Assembly: GCF_004010195.1 (NCBI RefSeq)
Contig: NC_057755.1
Coordinates: forward strand, 5,445,789-5,493,667
DNA: 47,879 nucleotides
Source of the DNA: Chiloscyllium plagiosum
Lineage: Eukaryota
Direction of reading: 5' to 3'
Positions 1-12,095 of the stretch are shown piece after piece (positions within the stretch are counted from its first letter, which is position 1; each line of letters starts with the position of its first letter). Under the pieces are notes generated by a model. That model was not told the origin of the DNA and made no database searches. It was given only the letters and a program-made list of their open reading frames with translations. The position numbers and the translations under genes are program-made.

Positions 1-1955
1 CCAGAGGTTTGCTGTGTTTATATCTGTATCACTCTTGAGCAATATCGGCCTGTTTGTTCTTGCGGTCAGCGGCATGCTCCCTTTCCTGAGATGTGACACA
101 GGTCACTCATCCCCATATCAGCTATGAAGACTGGATGCTTAATTTTCAACAGAAGGAGAAGTTTGTCATAAAGGGGAGTGTGCAGATGACAATCAGGAGA
201 TGTTCGGCGCTGAGCGGGTATCCAGGGACAAAATCGCCATCTTCAAATAGGGTCGGTACGCCAGATATAGGCTGTGGATTCTGAGTAGAATCTTGGTTCA
301 TTATTTTACATCGTTGTCGCTTTAACCCTGTTCGTAAATTCCTCAGTCTTAGTGGCCGTACACTGCTTCTCATGTCCCTTTTTTATCATCTCATGTCCCT
401 TTAATTTTTTCATCTACCTATTCACAACACTTCGCATTTCTTAAGAGTTCCATCTGCGAAACATGCATCTATCTCCCAATCACGTGCAAAATTCCTTCAA
501 CTGGCCAGTAAGGTATGTTTCTACTCTTTCGTTTGCAATACATTAATGCAGCTATGCTTCAAATTAACGATTAAGCACTGAGACAGGTCACTGACAATGT
601 CTAAAGGAACAAAACCAAGTGATCCTGACAATTAAGCATGCGTTTGTGATTCAGGGCGAATACAATTGATTATATTAAAATAGTAAATAAAATAATCGTT
701 ATCTGTAAGTCAGAGCTGAAAATTGAACAAGTGACTAAGACATTTTATAAGTCATCAATATAAACTGGAAATTAATTTAGTCAGTATTCAATATATAAAT
801 TGCAAAAATATGTAATGTTTCTAAATATGAAATTCATTATAATTATCTGGTTTCAAACCTTTAGGCTCGTTAAGCAGTCCTGACCAGTCATTGTGCATTT
901 GCAATTCTATAAGCCGTGAAATGACTGCAGCTGCGTTAAAAGGTCTTGTCTACTCACGTGGTAAGAAAAAATTTCTCATGCACGAATATTGGCCTAATCC
1001 AAAGACACAGGTATTAACCATAGGATGTTAATTTTGTGACATGATTTATCACAATGTTGAACTTAACCTTCAATTGTCATTGAGGAATGGGAATTGATAT
1101 CAAATAAAGCTACGACTGGCACACCAGAATTCCCAATGAAACACATCAGTCTTAAAATTAAGCGGAAACAAATGAGACTGAAACAATATTTAAATTTTCT
1201 AGTATCATCTTCTGAAAAGTATCTTGTTTGTCTGGGGCATTAAGGATTTATCTTTATACTTCCAGTTTTACAAATTTTAACTAAATTAAGTAGGGTTCAT
1301 GCAACTCCTCCACACAATGAGCAAACGTTAAAGTCTGAAGTGATTTTCCTCCATGTGAGGTTTAGATTATAACTGAAGTTGAGCAGAGAGCTGTTCTCAT
1401 CCCGTAACAGTATGAGTCTGCACCAGAGACGCAGATTGAGTGTTGTTGCTATACTTCCTTCGGTCAATTCTTTCATGAGAAGTGAGAAGGGTGAAAATGA
1501 TTTTGACAGTGGCATGAAATTATGGAGAACTTGAGAGCAAGTTTATACTGATGTCAAATGGTGCAGAATCAAAGGAGAAGACATTTAAAAAATATATAAT
1601 GTCGTCTTCCTCTGTATTAAACTGATCTGAAATGAAATAAGATCGGCTGTCATGTCAGCACAATAGTGGTTAGTTAAAAACTGACAGTAGGGCAGTCATG
1701 GCCGGTAAGAGGAAGAGGGGTTCATATTTCCTTCCATAATCACTGACGAATGCTTGACTTTAAAGGAAATCATGTTAAATTCCCGAAATGCAAATCAAAT
1801 TTGAAATAGTCCTGGATCTCGAGCTCCAGGGATCAAAATACAAACATTCACCAACAAGTAAATGTGCATCCAAATCACAAAGGTTTAAATTTTCTACAAG
1901 CCGCAGGGGATCAGGACTGAGTTTCTCTCCCTCTTTCTCTGTCTCTCACTGTCTC

Positions 1956-2002
<47 letters not shown>

Positions 2003-2073
2003 AGTATTGGAATTCCTGGCTATGCCACATAGAAACTCAACCAAGTATGCGAGAATTGTATCACCGGCCAGCT
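1..2073 (-). mobile_element. ERV copy A (partial: leader and 5' gag region), inverted
   Basis: Reverse complement of copy B about 5113-7183 (e.g. ORF MQIKFEIV..LELQGSKYKHS at 1788+ mirrors 5388-). Runs off the window start. Confidence 0.9.
1921..2002. repeat. (CT)n microsatellite inside ERV leader
   Basis: Visible CT run; shorter versions occur in copies B (about 5184-5253), C and D. Confidence 0.9.
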
Positions 2074-2289
2074 CGGACCAACATTTTCGCTCATCCGTAA
2101 CTGCCGAGAGGGCAGGTCAGTGTCAACCACGTTGTGTGGGTCTGGAGTACATTATAGGACTGACCAAGAAATGGCAGCAGTTTGATCTGTTCATTTTACC
2201 ACCAGCTGTCTCAAAGTCCTCAAGTTATTCTCAGCAAACAGTTGCCAGTTCATAGCTCGAAGCACATTTTGTTAAAATGATGCAACTAA

Positions 2290-3140
2290 CAAAGAGTCAG
2301 TGAAGGTTCTTTCACCTCTGTGAAGCCAGGCCTTGGGGCGAATTGTCGGATGAGTCTGGATTAAAAGGGTGTCTACTGACACCACGACCACCGGGAAGAA
2401 CATCCTGAGTATCAGCAAATTCTTCTCGATGACACCAAGTGAACAGACAGCGTGGCCTCCCATTTGGTCCTCTCTCTGTCACGGAGGGATTAGACGACAG
2501 CAGACGGGAGAATCTGCACCAGCCGTTCCCTCTGTCAAAGCTGACCAACACCGTCAAGTCCTTAGAAAGGAGTACAACTTCTAGAGGCGATGGATGCCCA
2601 GATGAGTTGTTTTCACCTTTGTGGAACTTGATCGTCCTGGACCTGCTGGAAGTGGATAACTGTCTGCTTCGGGGTAGCCTTTGTGAATGCAACAGCAAAG
2701 TTATCATCCATCTCATCTACAGTTAGAAGGAGGAATACCGCGGGCTGACGACTGGTTTCACTGCTCCATGCAGTTTACAGAATCCTGCCTGAGATCATTG
2801 CCAACTAGGTCAGGTCTCCTGTGGGATCAATGATTCACCCCGACCAAACCTGTGTTGTAATGTCTCCCACTCGTCAGCGATGTAATTGTCTACATGTGGG
2901 ATAATGAGGTTGGAAACCTGCCTTACCAGCCTGGATCAGGAGAAGGCCATTGACAGGAATCACACCCCAGAACATGGGGCGTACTCTTCAAAATTGGCTT
3001 TGGTAACGAGACCTGCAATTGGATGCGACTGCTCTGCATCAACGGCGGTAGTGCAGTCTGAGTAAGTGGGTGGGAACCAGAAAGGTTCCCGAACAGTCCT
3101 GGAATCAGGCAGCGCCGCCTATTGTCACCTTTCCTGTTTG
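2290..3140 (+). mobile_element. Decayed Tx1/L1-clade LINE ORF2 (RT) fragment in the A/B spacer
   Basis: Degenerate motifs IHPDQTC, SLDQEKA.DR, GFG....NW.RLL and SG.RQG.PLSP.LF read across frameshifts. Confidence 0.75.
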
Positions 3141-3729
3141 ATGATTGTCCAAGAGGTGACTGAATTAGCGTTGTGATTCATTAAGATGTTTCATACTCTT
3201 TAGCCATTGCCTATTTACCGAGATCTCAGTCCACGTTTGCCCATTTATGCATCAATTCCTTGTTGTTCTTTTTAGTTAGCTTCAGGGCTCTGAGTTTCAT
3301 ATTCAATTTCTTCATTCTCCAACTTCATAAACAATTTGAGCATTGTATGGGTCATTCTTCACAAATACAATAATGTTGTGACATAATGCTATCTCATTGT
3401 GTTCGTAATTTTTGGAAAATATATAACAGATTGCTGCATGCTTACATCTGTGCTCCTGTGTCAATCCAATGCGGCTGGATGGTATAAACTAGTCCTTTCA
3501 ATGTGCATTCTGGATTCAGGTACTTGGGCGGTAGTGAACAGTTCAAATATTTGATTTATTGTTTCAGTCTGTTTCTGAACAAATACTTCGCACATCATCA
3601 TGAAGACAAAATTTTAAAAATACGTTTAGATAGTTACTATGTTATTTAACAAATATGTTATTGAGGATCCCCTGAAAATGAAAAAAATAAATAGTAAAGT
3701 GCTGGAAATAACCCTGTCCCTAGACCTGT

Positions 3730-4026
3730 GAGGCAGTGGAATTATCACTGGACTGTCAACTCAGAGTCTCAGGTAATGTTCTGGGGACCCGGACACAGCA
3801 GAGGATGGTATTTCAATTTAGCAAAAGTCTGGAATAAAAGAGACCAAAGTATGTCGGTTCGCTCATATCCTTTTGAGAGTGGAACTGCTGTCTTTTCTTG
3901 GTCAGTACTATAATGTACTCGAGACCCACACAACGTGGTTGACACTGACCTGTCCTCTCGGCAATTACGGATGAGCGAAAATGTTGGGCCGAGCAGCGAC
4001 GCCCTCATTCCCTGAATGAATAAAAA
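3730..4026 (+). mobile_element. SacSINE/DeuSINE-type tRNA-derived SINE (old copy); its 3' part is co-duplicated at 2071-2182 (-) and about 16215-16335 (+)
   Basis: Head GGCAGTGGAATTATCACTGGACT, body CCAGACCCACACAACGTGGTTGAC, tail CATTCCCTGAATGAATAAAAA resemble shark Deu-type SINEs as recalled. Confidence 0.6.
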
Positions 4027-4296
4027 CAAAGCCCCTTCTTGAAACTGTAACAGAGGAATTGAAGGAGGCAATTTCACCCATTTTTGAAATGGTTAAGGTG
4101 ACCAGCAGAGACCATTCATCCTCTCTCATGTGAGGAGATGAACAGCCCACACCGTTCGACTTGAAAAAGCCAAGGCATGCAGGAAAGGGAAGATGTGAGG
4201 AGAGGGAAATTGTGTGACGTTCAATTGCTAATGTTCATTGACTGATCGTGGAACAGACAATCCCCCCTTCTCTCAAGGGGGCCCAGATCTTCAATC

Positions 4297-4314
4297 TGGT
4301 GCTGTGACTCGGAC
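4297..4314 (+). promoter_or_regulatory. Primer-binding site, tRNA-His (second copy at 16605-16622)
   Basis: TGGTGCTGTGACTCGGAC versus the complement of the tRNA-His 3' end TGGTGCCGTGACTCGGAT (16/18), 3 nt after the LTR-terminal CA. Confidence 0.88.
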
Positions 4315-4546
4315 TCGGCATGGACGAATTGTGGGCAGCAGTGGAAGAGCCTTGAGACCTCTACTGTTGAGTTCAGATAAGTCGGCCAGCCAGACGTGAG
4401 TATTTTTTCCCGTTTGGTTTTCCTTTCATTCAAGTCGTGGTTAACTCAACCCCTCGCTGCTCAGCATCTCATTGCAGGCCAAGAAGGATTAGTCCAAGTA
4501 AGAATACACTTTGAAAGAAAGGTATGTGGGACCCCAGGGAATTGGG

Positions 4547-4765
4547 GACCCTAGGGAGTTGAGGACTCTAACTAACAGGTTGGGACCTGTGAATAGATTC
4601 GGGGAGACTGAAAAGACTGGGATCGTGAACCCCAGGGTGTTTGGGACTCGTACTAACAGGTTGGGGACCTGTGAATAGAGTCGGGGACTCTTAAAAGAGA
4701 GCGCTCGGGGGACCCCAGGGTGTCAGGGACTCCCACTTACAGGTCGGGGACCTGAAGATAGAGTC
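4547..4765 (+). repeat. About 80-bp degenerate tandem repeat (about 2.7 units) in ERV leader
   Basis: Recurring ACCC.AGGG..T..GGACTC..ACT.ACAGGT.GGGACCTG...ATAGA.TC at about 4547, 4629 and 4712; also in copies C and D. Confidence 0.8.
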
Positions 4766-6659
4766 AAGACACAGACTTGGTCTGATTGGTGTCGTCAAAA
4801 TGGATTCCCAAATTGTTCTGTGAAAAACGAAACAAAGAATTTTTGCGAGATATTGTGACAAAACTGTCTGGATTTTAGAATGTCGAAAATGTTTTTTCAG
4901 AAATCATTAGTCTTGTTGTTCATTGTCGTTTTGTTGATTACTGAAAGCTTTAGGTCGAGATTATCTTCTCTGTTTTATCTGTTCGGCTTACCTTTTCCTG
5001 CTTTGCTGCTTTGTATTGTTTGCCTGCTGTGGTTTTGTTCTGTTTGTTTTGGAGTTTGTTGTTTGCTCATGAAATATAGAGGGTGGTTGCTGCTTTTGTT
5101 CAAAGAAACGAAAGCTGGCCGGTGATACAATTCACGCATACTTGGTGGAGCAGCTATGTGGCATAGCCAGGAATTCCAACACTAGAGAGAAAGAGAGAGC
5201 GAGAGAAAGAGAGAGAGTGAGAGACAGTGAGCGACAGAGAAAGAGGGAGAGAAACTCAGAGCTGATTCCCTGCGGCTTGTAGAAAATTTAAACCTTTGTG
5301 ATTTGGATGCACATTTACTTGTTGTTGAATGTTTGTATTTTGATCCCTGGAGCTCGAGATCCGGGACTATTTCAAATTTGATTTGCATTTCGGGAATTTA
5401 ACATGATTTCCTTTAAAGTTAAGGATTCATCAGTGATTATGGAAGGAAATATATACCCCTCGTCCTCTTACCTGCCATGACTGCCCTACTGTCAGTTTCT
5501 AACTAACCACTATTGTACTAACATGAAAGCCGATCTTATTTCTTTTCAGATCAGTTTAATACAGAGGAAGACGACATTATATATTTTTTTAAAAATGTCT
5601 TCTCCTTCGATTCTGCACCATTTGACATCAGTATAAATTTGCTCTCAAGTTTTCCATAATTTCATGCTACTGTCAAAGATCATTTTCACCCTTCTCACCC
5701 CTACGTGTAGTACTAACGAAAGAATTGACCGAAGGAAATATAGCAATAACACTAAATCTGCGCCTCTGGTGCAGAATCATACTGTTACGGGATGAGAGCA
5801 GCTCTCTGCTCAATTTCACTTATAATCTAAACCTAACATGGAGGAAAATCACTTCAGACTTTAATATTTGCTCATTGTGTGCAGGAGTTGCATGAACCCT
5901 ACTGAATTTAGTTAAAATTTATAAAACTGGAAGTATAAAGATAAATCCAAAATGTCCCAGACAAACAAGATACTTTTCAGAAGATGATACTAGAAAATTT
6001 AAATAATGTTTCAGTCTCATTTGTTTCCGCTTAATTTTAAGACTGATGTGTTTCATTGGGAATTATGGTGTGCCAGTCGTCGCTTTAGTTGATATCAATT
6101 CCCCTTCCTCAATGACAATTGATGTTTAAGTTCAACATTAAGTTGTGATAAATCATGTAACAAAATTAACATCCTATGGTTAATACCTGTGTCTTTGGAT
6201 TCGGCCAATATTCGTGCATGAGAAATTTTTTTCTTACCACGTGAGTAGACAAGACCTTTTAACGCAGCTGCAGTCATTCACGGCTTATAGCATTGCAAAT
6301 GAACAATGACTGGTCTGGTCTGCTGAAGGAGCCTAAAGGATTGAAACCAGGTAATTATAATGAATTTCATATTTAGAAACATTCCATATTTTGCATTTTA
6401 TATATTGAATACTGAATAAATTAATTTCCAGTTTATATTGATGACTTAGTCACTTATTCAATTTTCAGCTCTGATTTACAGATAACGATTATTTTATTTA
6501 CTATTTTAATATACTCAATTGTATTCGCCCTGAATCACAAACGCATGCTTAATTGTCAGGATCACTTGGTTTTATTCCTTTACATATTGTCAGTGACATG
6601 TCGCAGTGCTTAATCGTTAATTTGAAGCATAGCTGCATTAATGTATTGCAAACTAAAGA

Positions 6660-7723
6660 GTGGAACTATACCTTACTGGCCAGTTGAAGGAGTTTTGCAC
6701 GTGATTGGGAGATAGATGTTTGTATAGCAGATGGAACTCTTAAGAAATGCGAAGTGTTGTGAATAGGTAGATGAAAAAATAAAAGGGACATGAGATGATA
6801 AAAAAGGGACATGAGAAATAGTGTTAGGCCACTAAGACTGAGGAATTTACGAACAGGGATAAAGCAACAACGATGTAAAATAATGAACATAGATTCTACT
6901 CAGAATCCCCAGTCTATGTCTGGCGTACTGACCCTATTTGAGGATCGTGATTTTGTCCCTGGATACCCGCTCAGCCCCTAACATCTCCTGATTGTCATCT
7001 GCACACTCCCCTTTATTACAAACCTCTACTTTTGTTGAAAATTAAGCATTCTGTCTTCATAGCTGATATGGGGATGAGTGGCCTGTGTCACATCCCAGGA
7101 AAGAGAGCGTGCCGCTGACCGCAAGAACAAACAGGCCGAATTTGCTCAAGAGTGATACAGATATAAACACAGCAAACTTCTGGGAGTAGCCTGAATACGA
7201 ATGGCTTGTGTTACAAGACTGAAGTATGTGGCTATCTGTCTGATGGATGTGGTATACAATTGAATAATAATCAAGATGCTCAATCACCTTTGTTTCACCC
7301 TATGCCTTTGCAATATTTTCCACCTGGTGTCACTGACATGATCCAGGCAAACAGTAGGAACAAGTCCAGGAATGTCCAGTCGCAAATAAGGTGAGTGGAT
7401 GTTTTCTATTGGGATACCCATAAACAGACTGAACCGCAATACAAGTTAAAGGTAAAACCGATTATGTCCAGTGCCCTCGCGGTCCCGAATGCAGTGTGCC
7501 GACTCTGACAGGACTGATTGGGACCAGGATACCCACTGGGGGCGTAACCTACCACCCACCGACCACCTTTTAGCAACCTTTTCCTGAGGGGACCCTGGAA
7601 ATGGGGACAGGCGTACCCCAGTATGACACCTTTGAGACTGAGAACAAGACAGTAAATCCCCCAGGGACAAGTGGCTGGCCCTTGCCTTAAATGTGGAAAT
7701 GTGGCCACTGGGGAATGATGTGT
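6660..7723 (+). pseudogene. gag: gag remnant (copy B)
   Basis: Matrix-like WPVEG at about 6677; CCHC knuckle C-L-K-C-G..G-H-W-G-M-M-C at 7683-7723 with a 1-nt frameshift; many stops. 5' boundary uncertain. Confidence 0.7.
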
Positions 7724-7739
7724 ATTTTATGCTATCTTA

Positions 7740-8420
7740 GAGCTAACGTGGGGAATCGGCATGCTTGCGTTCGAGCAAAACGAAAATCTACTAAAAACAT
7801 TGATTCTTCATTGTGCTCTTTGTGTGTTCCAATATTTTGGAGCCTTGCGGGGACATAAAATATTTCTAACACTCATGGAGCGGCGTTGTAATGCTGTTTT
7901 GTCCAATCAATCTGTACGTTATCAAGATGTTCCACTCACCCTAAGGTAATTGATACAGTTTCCAACGTAATGGGCAAGTGGATGCTGCTGCCAAGCAGCC
8001 AGCCTTACCCCCAAACCTCGGGTCACTTTGGGTCCCCGGTAAAACGCAGAAAGAGACAATATGGGGTTAGGCATGCCAGCTATGTGTAAAGTACAGAAAT
8101 CACAGGGAAAAACCCCTGATGAAGAGCGCAACATATGACCTCAGATTGGGTACTTAACGATACTCAAATCGAAATGTGGGTGAAACCTGCTGGACAAGTT
8201 TGTGTTCTTTCTTTGTTGCTGCCTATTTTAGTAGATTTTATGCATTTTTGCACACAATTGAGAAAGGAGAGAATGGTTTATACTCTCTTACGAAGGACAA
8301 GCCATGGCCTACAACCTCGATGGAAGGGCCACTTCCAGACTCTCCTCACAACCACTACAGCTGATAAGGTCGCCAGGCAACTCCCTCATTGCACGGTCAT
8401 CAGACAAGCCACATGCAAGG
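7740..8420 (+). pseudogene. pol: pol remnant: RNase H and integrase pieces only (copy B)
   Basis: IDS.HCALCVFQYFGAL.GHKIFLT (RNase H YTDS.YAFGV.H.FG.LW..RGFLT-like), NGQVDAAAKQ, and LQPRWKG(P/H)FQ.LLTT.TA.KVA (integrase GPY/F tail). Confidence 0.85.
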
Positions 8421-8426
8421 TGGGTG

Positions 8427-9795
8427 ATGATGAAGATCAAACTTACCCTGCTGTATGGACTCGTCGTAGCCGGCATTGGTGCTCAAGAAGGGACGGTTTA
8501 CCCGTGAGACCTCGAGCAACCAGAGACTGTGTCTTTTTGTGCCAAGAGACTGATTCTTTCGACACATGGAACTTGACCAAGAATGATTGTTACAATGATC
8601 AACTGCATCAAGAAGATTGGACAGTTCTTTCACAGGACAAATCTCAATGGTACTTACTCAGTCAAGGTGTTGCGTGCCAGTTTGATTTCAGTTGTGATAC
8701 GAGCGGCCGAGTAAGCCTGGCTCCTATTCAAAGAGGTTTAAATTGGCACGTTGCAAAAGAGAAAAGGGAGAATATTATCTCTCATGAAAAAGTTGTTTCC
8801 TCAAAGTCAAAATAAATTATTCGGCGGGGATGAAGTGGTTTATTTGATCACTTGCGCCTCCTCTCCACCCCCATCCCAACAAAGGGGTATGGACTGCTTA
8901 TATGTCGTTTCCTGGACATAATATTTTTGATGAGAAGAAGGGTTTCTGCCAGAAACGTCGATTCTCCTGCTCCTTGGATGCTGCCTGACCTGCTGCGCTT
9001 TTCCAGCAACACATTTTTCAGCTCTGACATCCAGCATCTGCAGTCCTCACTTTCACCTACATAATATTTTTGACTATGACTTAAACTGCTTGTTGCTTTT
9101 GGACTTGCTCCGTGGTAGCCTATCATAATTGTAAAGACAGAACGGTATGGGAGTACAGTTATGTGAATGTGTCTAAGGCCCTTTGTGCTATGGTTAAAAG
9201 CACCACCAAACTTCACTATGAGAAACCTAATGGCACCTCCGTCTTCCCCATTGTTGGATAGACGGAACCAGTCTGGGACAATAACCACATCTCTTACCGT
9301 AGGACGCACCACATTTACATTGACCAGCTTTCATCTTCAGCGTTCAGTACAACCACACTTTGGAGTCATGGACTGCACATGTATTCGGGGAAGTCACAAA
9401 GCCAGGCCTGTTTCTTATTGCAAGCTCCCTCCATTATCTGTACTAAACCTGGTTACTATTTTTTCAGCCAAGGCAAAGAGACCAACTTACTTGTTATTGG
9501 TGAAATAGGTATTCCCCGTGCTATAGCTGTCGGGACACGTTTCCCGACTACGGTTCCCTGTCAACTACCTGGGAATGAGGTTGGAGTTTCCCTGGCAAAC
9601 GTTCAGTTTTATCTGAGTTCAGTGTGCATTGGAGAGGTGCTCAGGCTTTGGACAACACTGAAGCTCACTCTGTGGACTATGCATTTCTTCATACTTTTTC
9701 CTTCGGAGGATCTTCTGGAATGATGAGCTATCTAAAACGAAATTATCTTATTTGCGGTGTCAGTCTCTTGGGCAACGAGACAGCCTTGGCCTTAG
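8427..9795 (+). pseudogene. env: env remnant (copy B), interrupted by a short PLE-derived element and the gap
   Basis: Signal-peptide-like MMKIKLTLLYGLVVAGIGAQEG, Cys-rich SU, ..KR/SV cleavage-like site, TM start ..ICGVSLLGNETALAL. Confidence 0.85.
8931..9058 (+). mobile_element. Short Penelope-derived non-autonomous element in env (also 11464-11591 -, 21186-21313 +, 21961-22088 +)
   Basis: GAAGAAGGG..GCC.GAAACGTCGATTCTCCTGCTCCTTGGATGCTGCCTGACC..CAGTCCTCACTTTC flanked by a 15-bp TSD ACATAATATTTTTGA (8916-8930 and 9059-9073). Confidence 0.85.
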
Positions 9796-10295
9796 NNNNN
9801 NNNNNNNNNNNNNNNNNNNNNNNNNNNNNNNNNNNNNNNNNNNNNNNNNNNNNNNNNNNNNNNNNNNNNNNNNNNNNNNNNNNNNNNNNNNNNNNNNNNN
9901 NNNNNNNNNNNNNNNNNNNNNNNNNNNNNNNNNNNNNNNNNNNNNNNNNNNNNNNNNNNNNNNNNNNNNNNNNNNNNNNNNNNNNNNNNNNNNNNNNNNN
10001 NNNNNNNNNNNNNNNNNNNNNNNNNNNNNNNNNNNNNNNNNNNNNNNNNNNNNNNNNNNNNNNNNNNNNNNNNNNNNNNNNNNNNNNNNNNNNNNNNNNN
10101 NNNNNNNNNNNNNNNNNNNNNNNNNNNNNNNNNNNNNNNNNNNNNNNNNNNNNNNNNNNNNNNNNNNNNNNNNNNNNNNNNNNNNNNNNNNNNNNNNNNN
10201 NNNNNNNNNNNNNNNNNNNNNNNNNNNNNNNNNNNNNNNNNNNNNNNNNNNNNNNNNNNNNNNNNNNNNNNNNNNNNNNNNNNNNNNNNNNNNNN

Positions 10296-12095
10296 TGTTG
10301 TCAACAGAAGTTATTAGCTTAGCAATAATATATTTAATAATAGCAACGCCATCAAAGAGGCAAATTTAAACAATAGCAATATGCATGGCAAGACTTATCA
10401 ACCAGTTGTACCATGAGCTAAAACCCAAATCTCTCCATTCTGTGCCTTCCCTCATTTGAGAGAGGAAGGTGTGCCTGTTATCTAGATGGTTGGTAATATT
10501 CTTGATGAGGTCAGTAACCCCAACATACACTTGCCATTTTCTATGGCGAAAAACCCTACGTTCTTTGGCGAGTAGGTAGTCGAGGGCGTACCGGTTTTGT
10601 TGGGAATCTAGGCATAATTCTGAGAGCATGTCTTAAACCCCTGCTAAGGCCAAGGCTGTCTCGTTGCTCAAGAGACTGACACCGCAAATAAGATAATTTC
10701 GTTTTAGATAGCTCATCATTCCAGAAGATCCTCCGAAGGAAAAAGTACGAAGAAATGCATAGTCTACAGAGTGAGCTTCAATGTTGTCCAAAGCCTGAGC
10801 ACCTCTCCAATGCACACAGAACTCAGATAAAACTGAACGTTTGGCAGGGAAACTCCAACCTCATTTCCGACAGCTTTAGCACGGGGAATACCTATTTCAC
10901 CAAGAACAAGTAAGTTGGTCTCTTTGCCTTGTCTGAAAAAATAGTAACCAGGTTTAGTATAGATAATGGAGGGAGCTTGCAATCAGAAACAGGCCTGGCT
11001 TTGTGACTTCCCCGAATACATGTGCAGTCCATGTCTCCAAAGTGTGGTTATACTGAACGCTGAAGATGAAAGCTGGTCAATGTAAATGTGGTGCGTCCTA
11101 CGGTAAGAGATGTGGTTATTATCCCAGACTGGTTCCGTATATCCAACAATGGGGAAGACGGAGGTGCCAGTAGGTTTCTCATAGTGAAGTTTGGTGGTGC
11201 TGTTAACCAGAGCACAAAGGGCCTGAACACCAGTAATAACAGGGTTACAAAGGCACACTCCTCCCGTAGGCATATGCATGAGATGCGATGACCCACAGGG
11301 GACCAATCGCCATTGGTACATTTAATCAAGCTGCATGGAATAGCCTTAGACACATTCACATACATGTACCCCGATACCGTTCTGTCTTTACAATTGTGAT
11401 TGGCGACCATGGAGCAAGTCCAAAAGCAACAAGCAGTTTAAGTCATAGTCAAAAATATTATGTAGGTGAAAGTGAGGACTGCAGATGCTGGATTTCAGAA
11501 CTGAAAAATGTGTTGCTGGAAAAGCGCAGCAAGTCAGGCAGCATCCAACGAGCAGGAGAATCGACGTTTCGGGCATAAGCCCTTCTTCTCATCAGAAATA
11601 TTATGTCCAGTAAACGATATAGAAGCAGTCCATACCCCTTTGTTGGGATGGGGGTGGAGGGGAGGGGAAAGTGATCAAATAGACCACTTCTTCCCCTCCA
11701 AATAACTTATTCTGACTTTGAGGAAACAACTTTTTTATGAGAGATAATATTCTCCCTTTTCTCTTTTGCAACGTGCCAATTTAAACCTCTTTGAATAGGA
11801 GCCAGGCTTACTCGGCCGCTCGTATCACAACTGAAATCAAACTGGCACGCAACACCTTGACAGGGTAAATACCATTGAGATTTGTCCTGTGAACGAATTG
11901 TCCAATCTTCTTGATGCAGTTGATCATTGTGACAATCATTCTTGGTCACGTTCCATGCATCTAAAGAATCAGTCTCTTGGCACAAAAAGACACGGTCTCT
12001 GGTTGCTCAAGGTTGCACGGGTAAACCGTCCCTTCTTGAGCACCAATGCCGGCTACGACGAGTCCATATAGCAGGGTAAGTTCGATCTTCATCAT
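10296..12095 (-). pseudogene. env: env remnant (copy C) including immunosuppressive domain
   Basis: SQQNRYALDYLLAKE (gamma-type ISD, QNR..LD.LL) in ORF 10366-10629, followed by a Trp-rich membrane-proximal segment SSWYNWLISLAMHIAIV. Confidence 0.88.

Larger units (their letters stand above)
4237..9795 (+). mobile_element. ERV copy B: U5 remnant, PBS, leader, gag, delta-pro/RT, RNase H, IN, env (ends at gap)
   Basis: U5 end CAGATCTTCA (4284-4293) matches the 3' LTR end (24307-24316), followed by the PBS; gag, pol and env motifs lie in retroviral order. Confidence 0.92.

Noticed and set aside
1788..2255. MQIKFEIV.. ORF seen four times (also MIEHLDYY.., MATFP.., MKHISLK..)
   Set aside because: Antisense to the ERV, lengths vary or run into a microsatellite; recurrence is explained by duplication.
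4547..4765. CRISPR-like repeat array
   Set aside because: Degenerate tandem units without unique spacers, eukaryotic context, no cas genes.
8135..8815. 226-aa ORF as a functional IN-Env fusion
   Set aside because: It strings together an integrase tail, an off-frame stretch and SU through frameshifts and is broken in the other copies.
9796..10295. B/C tail-to-tail junction as proof of a third palindrome centre
   Set aside because: It lies in an exactly 500-N gap, probably a placeholder, so distance and orientation are unverified. The same applies to 35844-36343.
9624..10369. Long ORFs spanning N runs (also near 21.3, 35.8 and 41.6 kb)
   Set aside because: Artefacts of assembly gaps.
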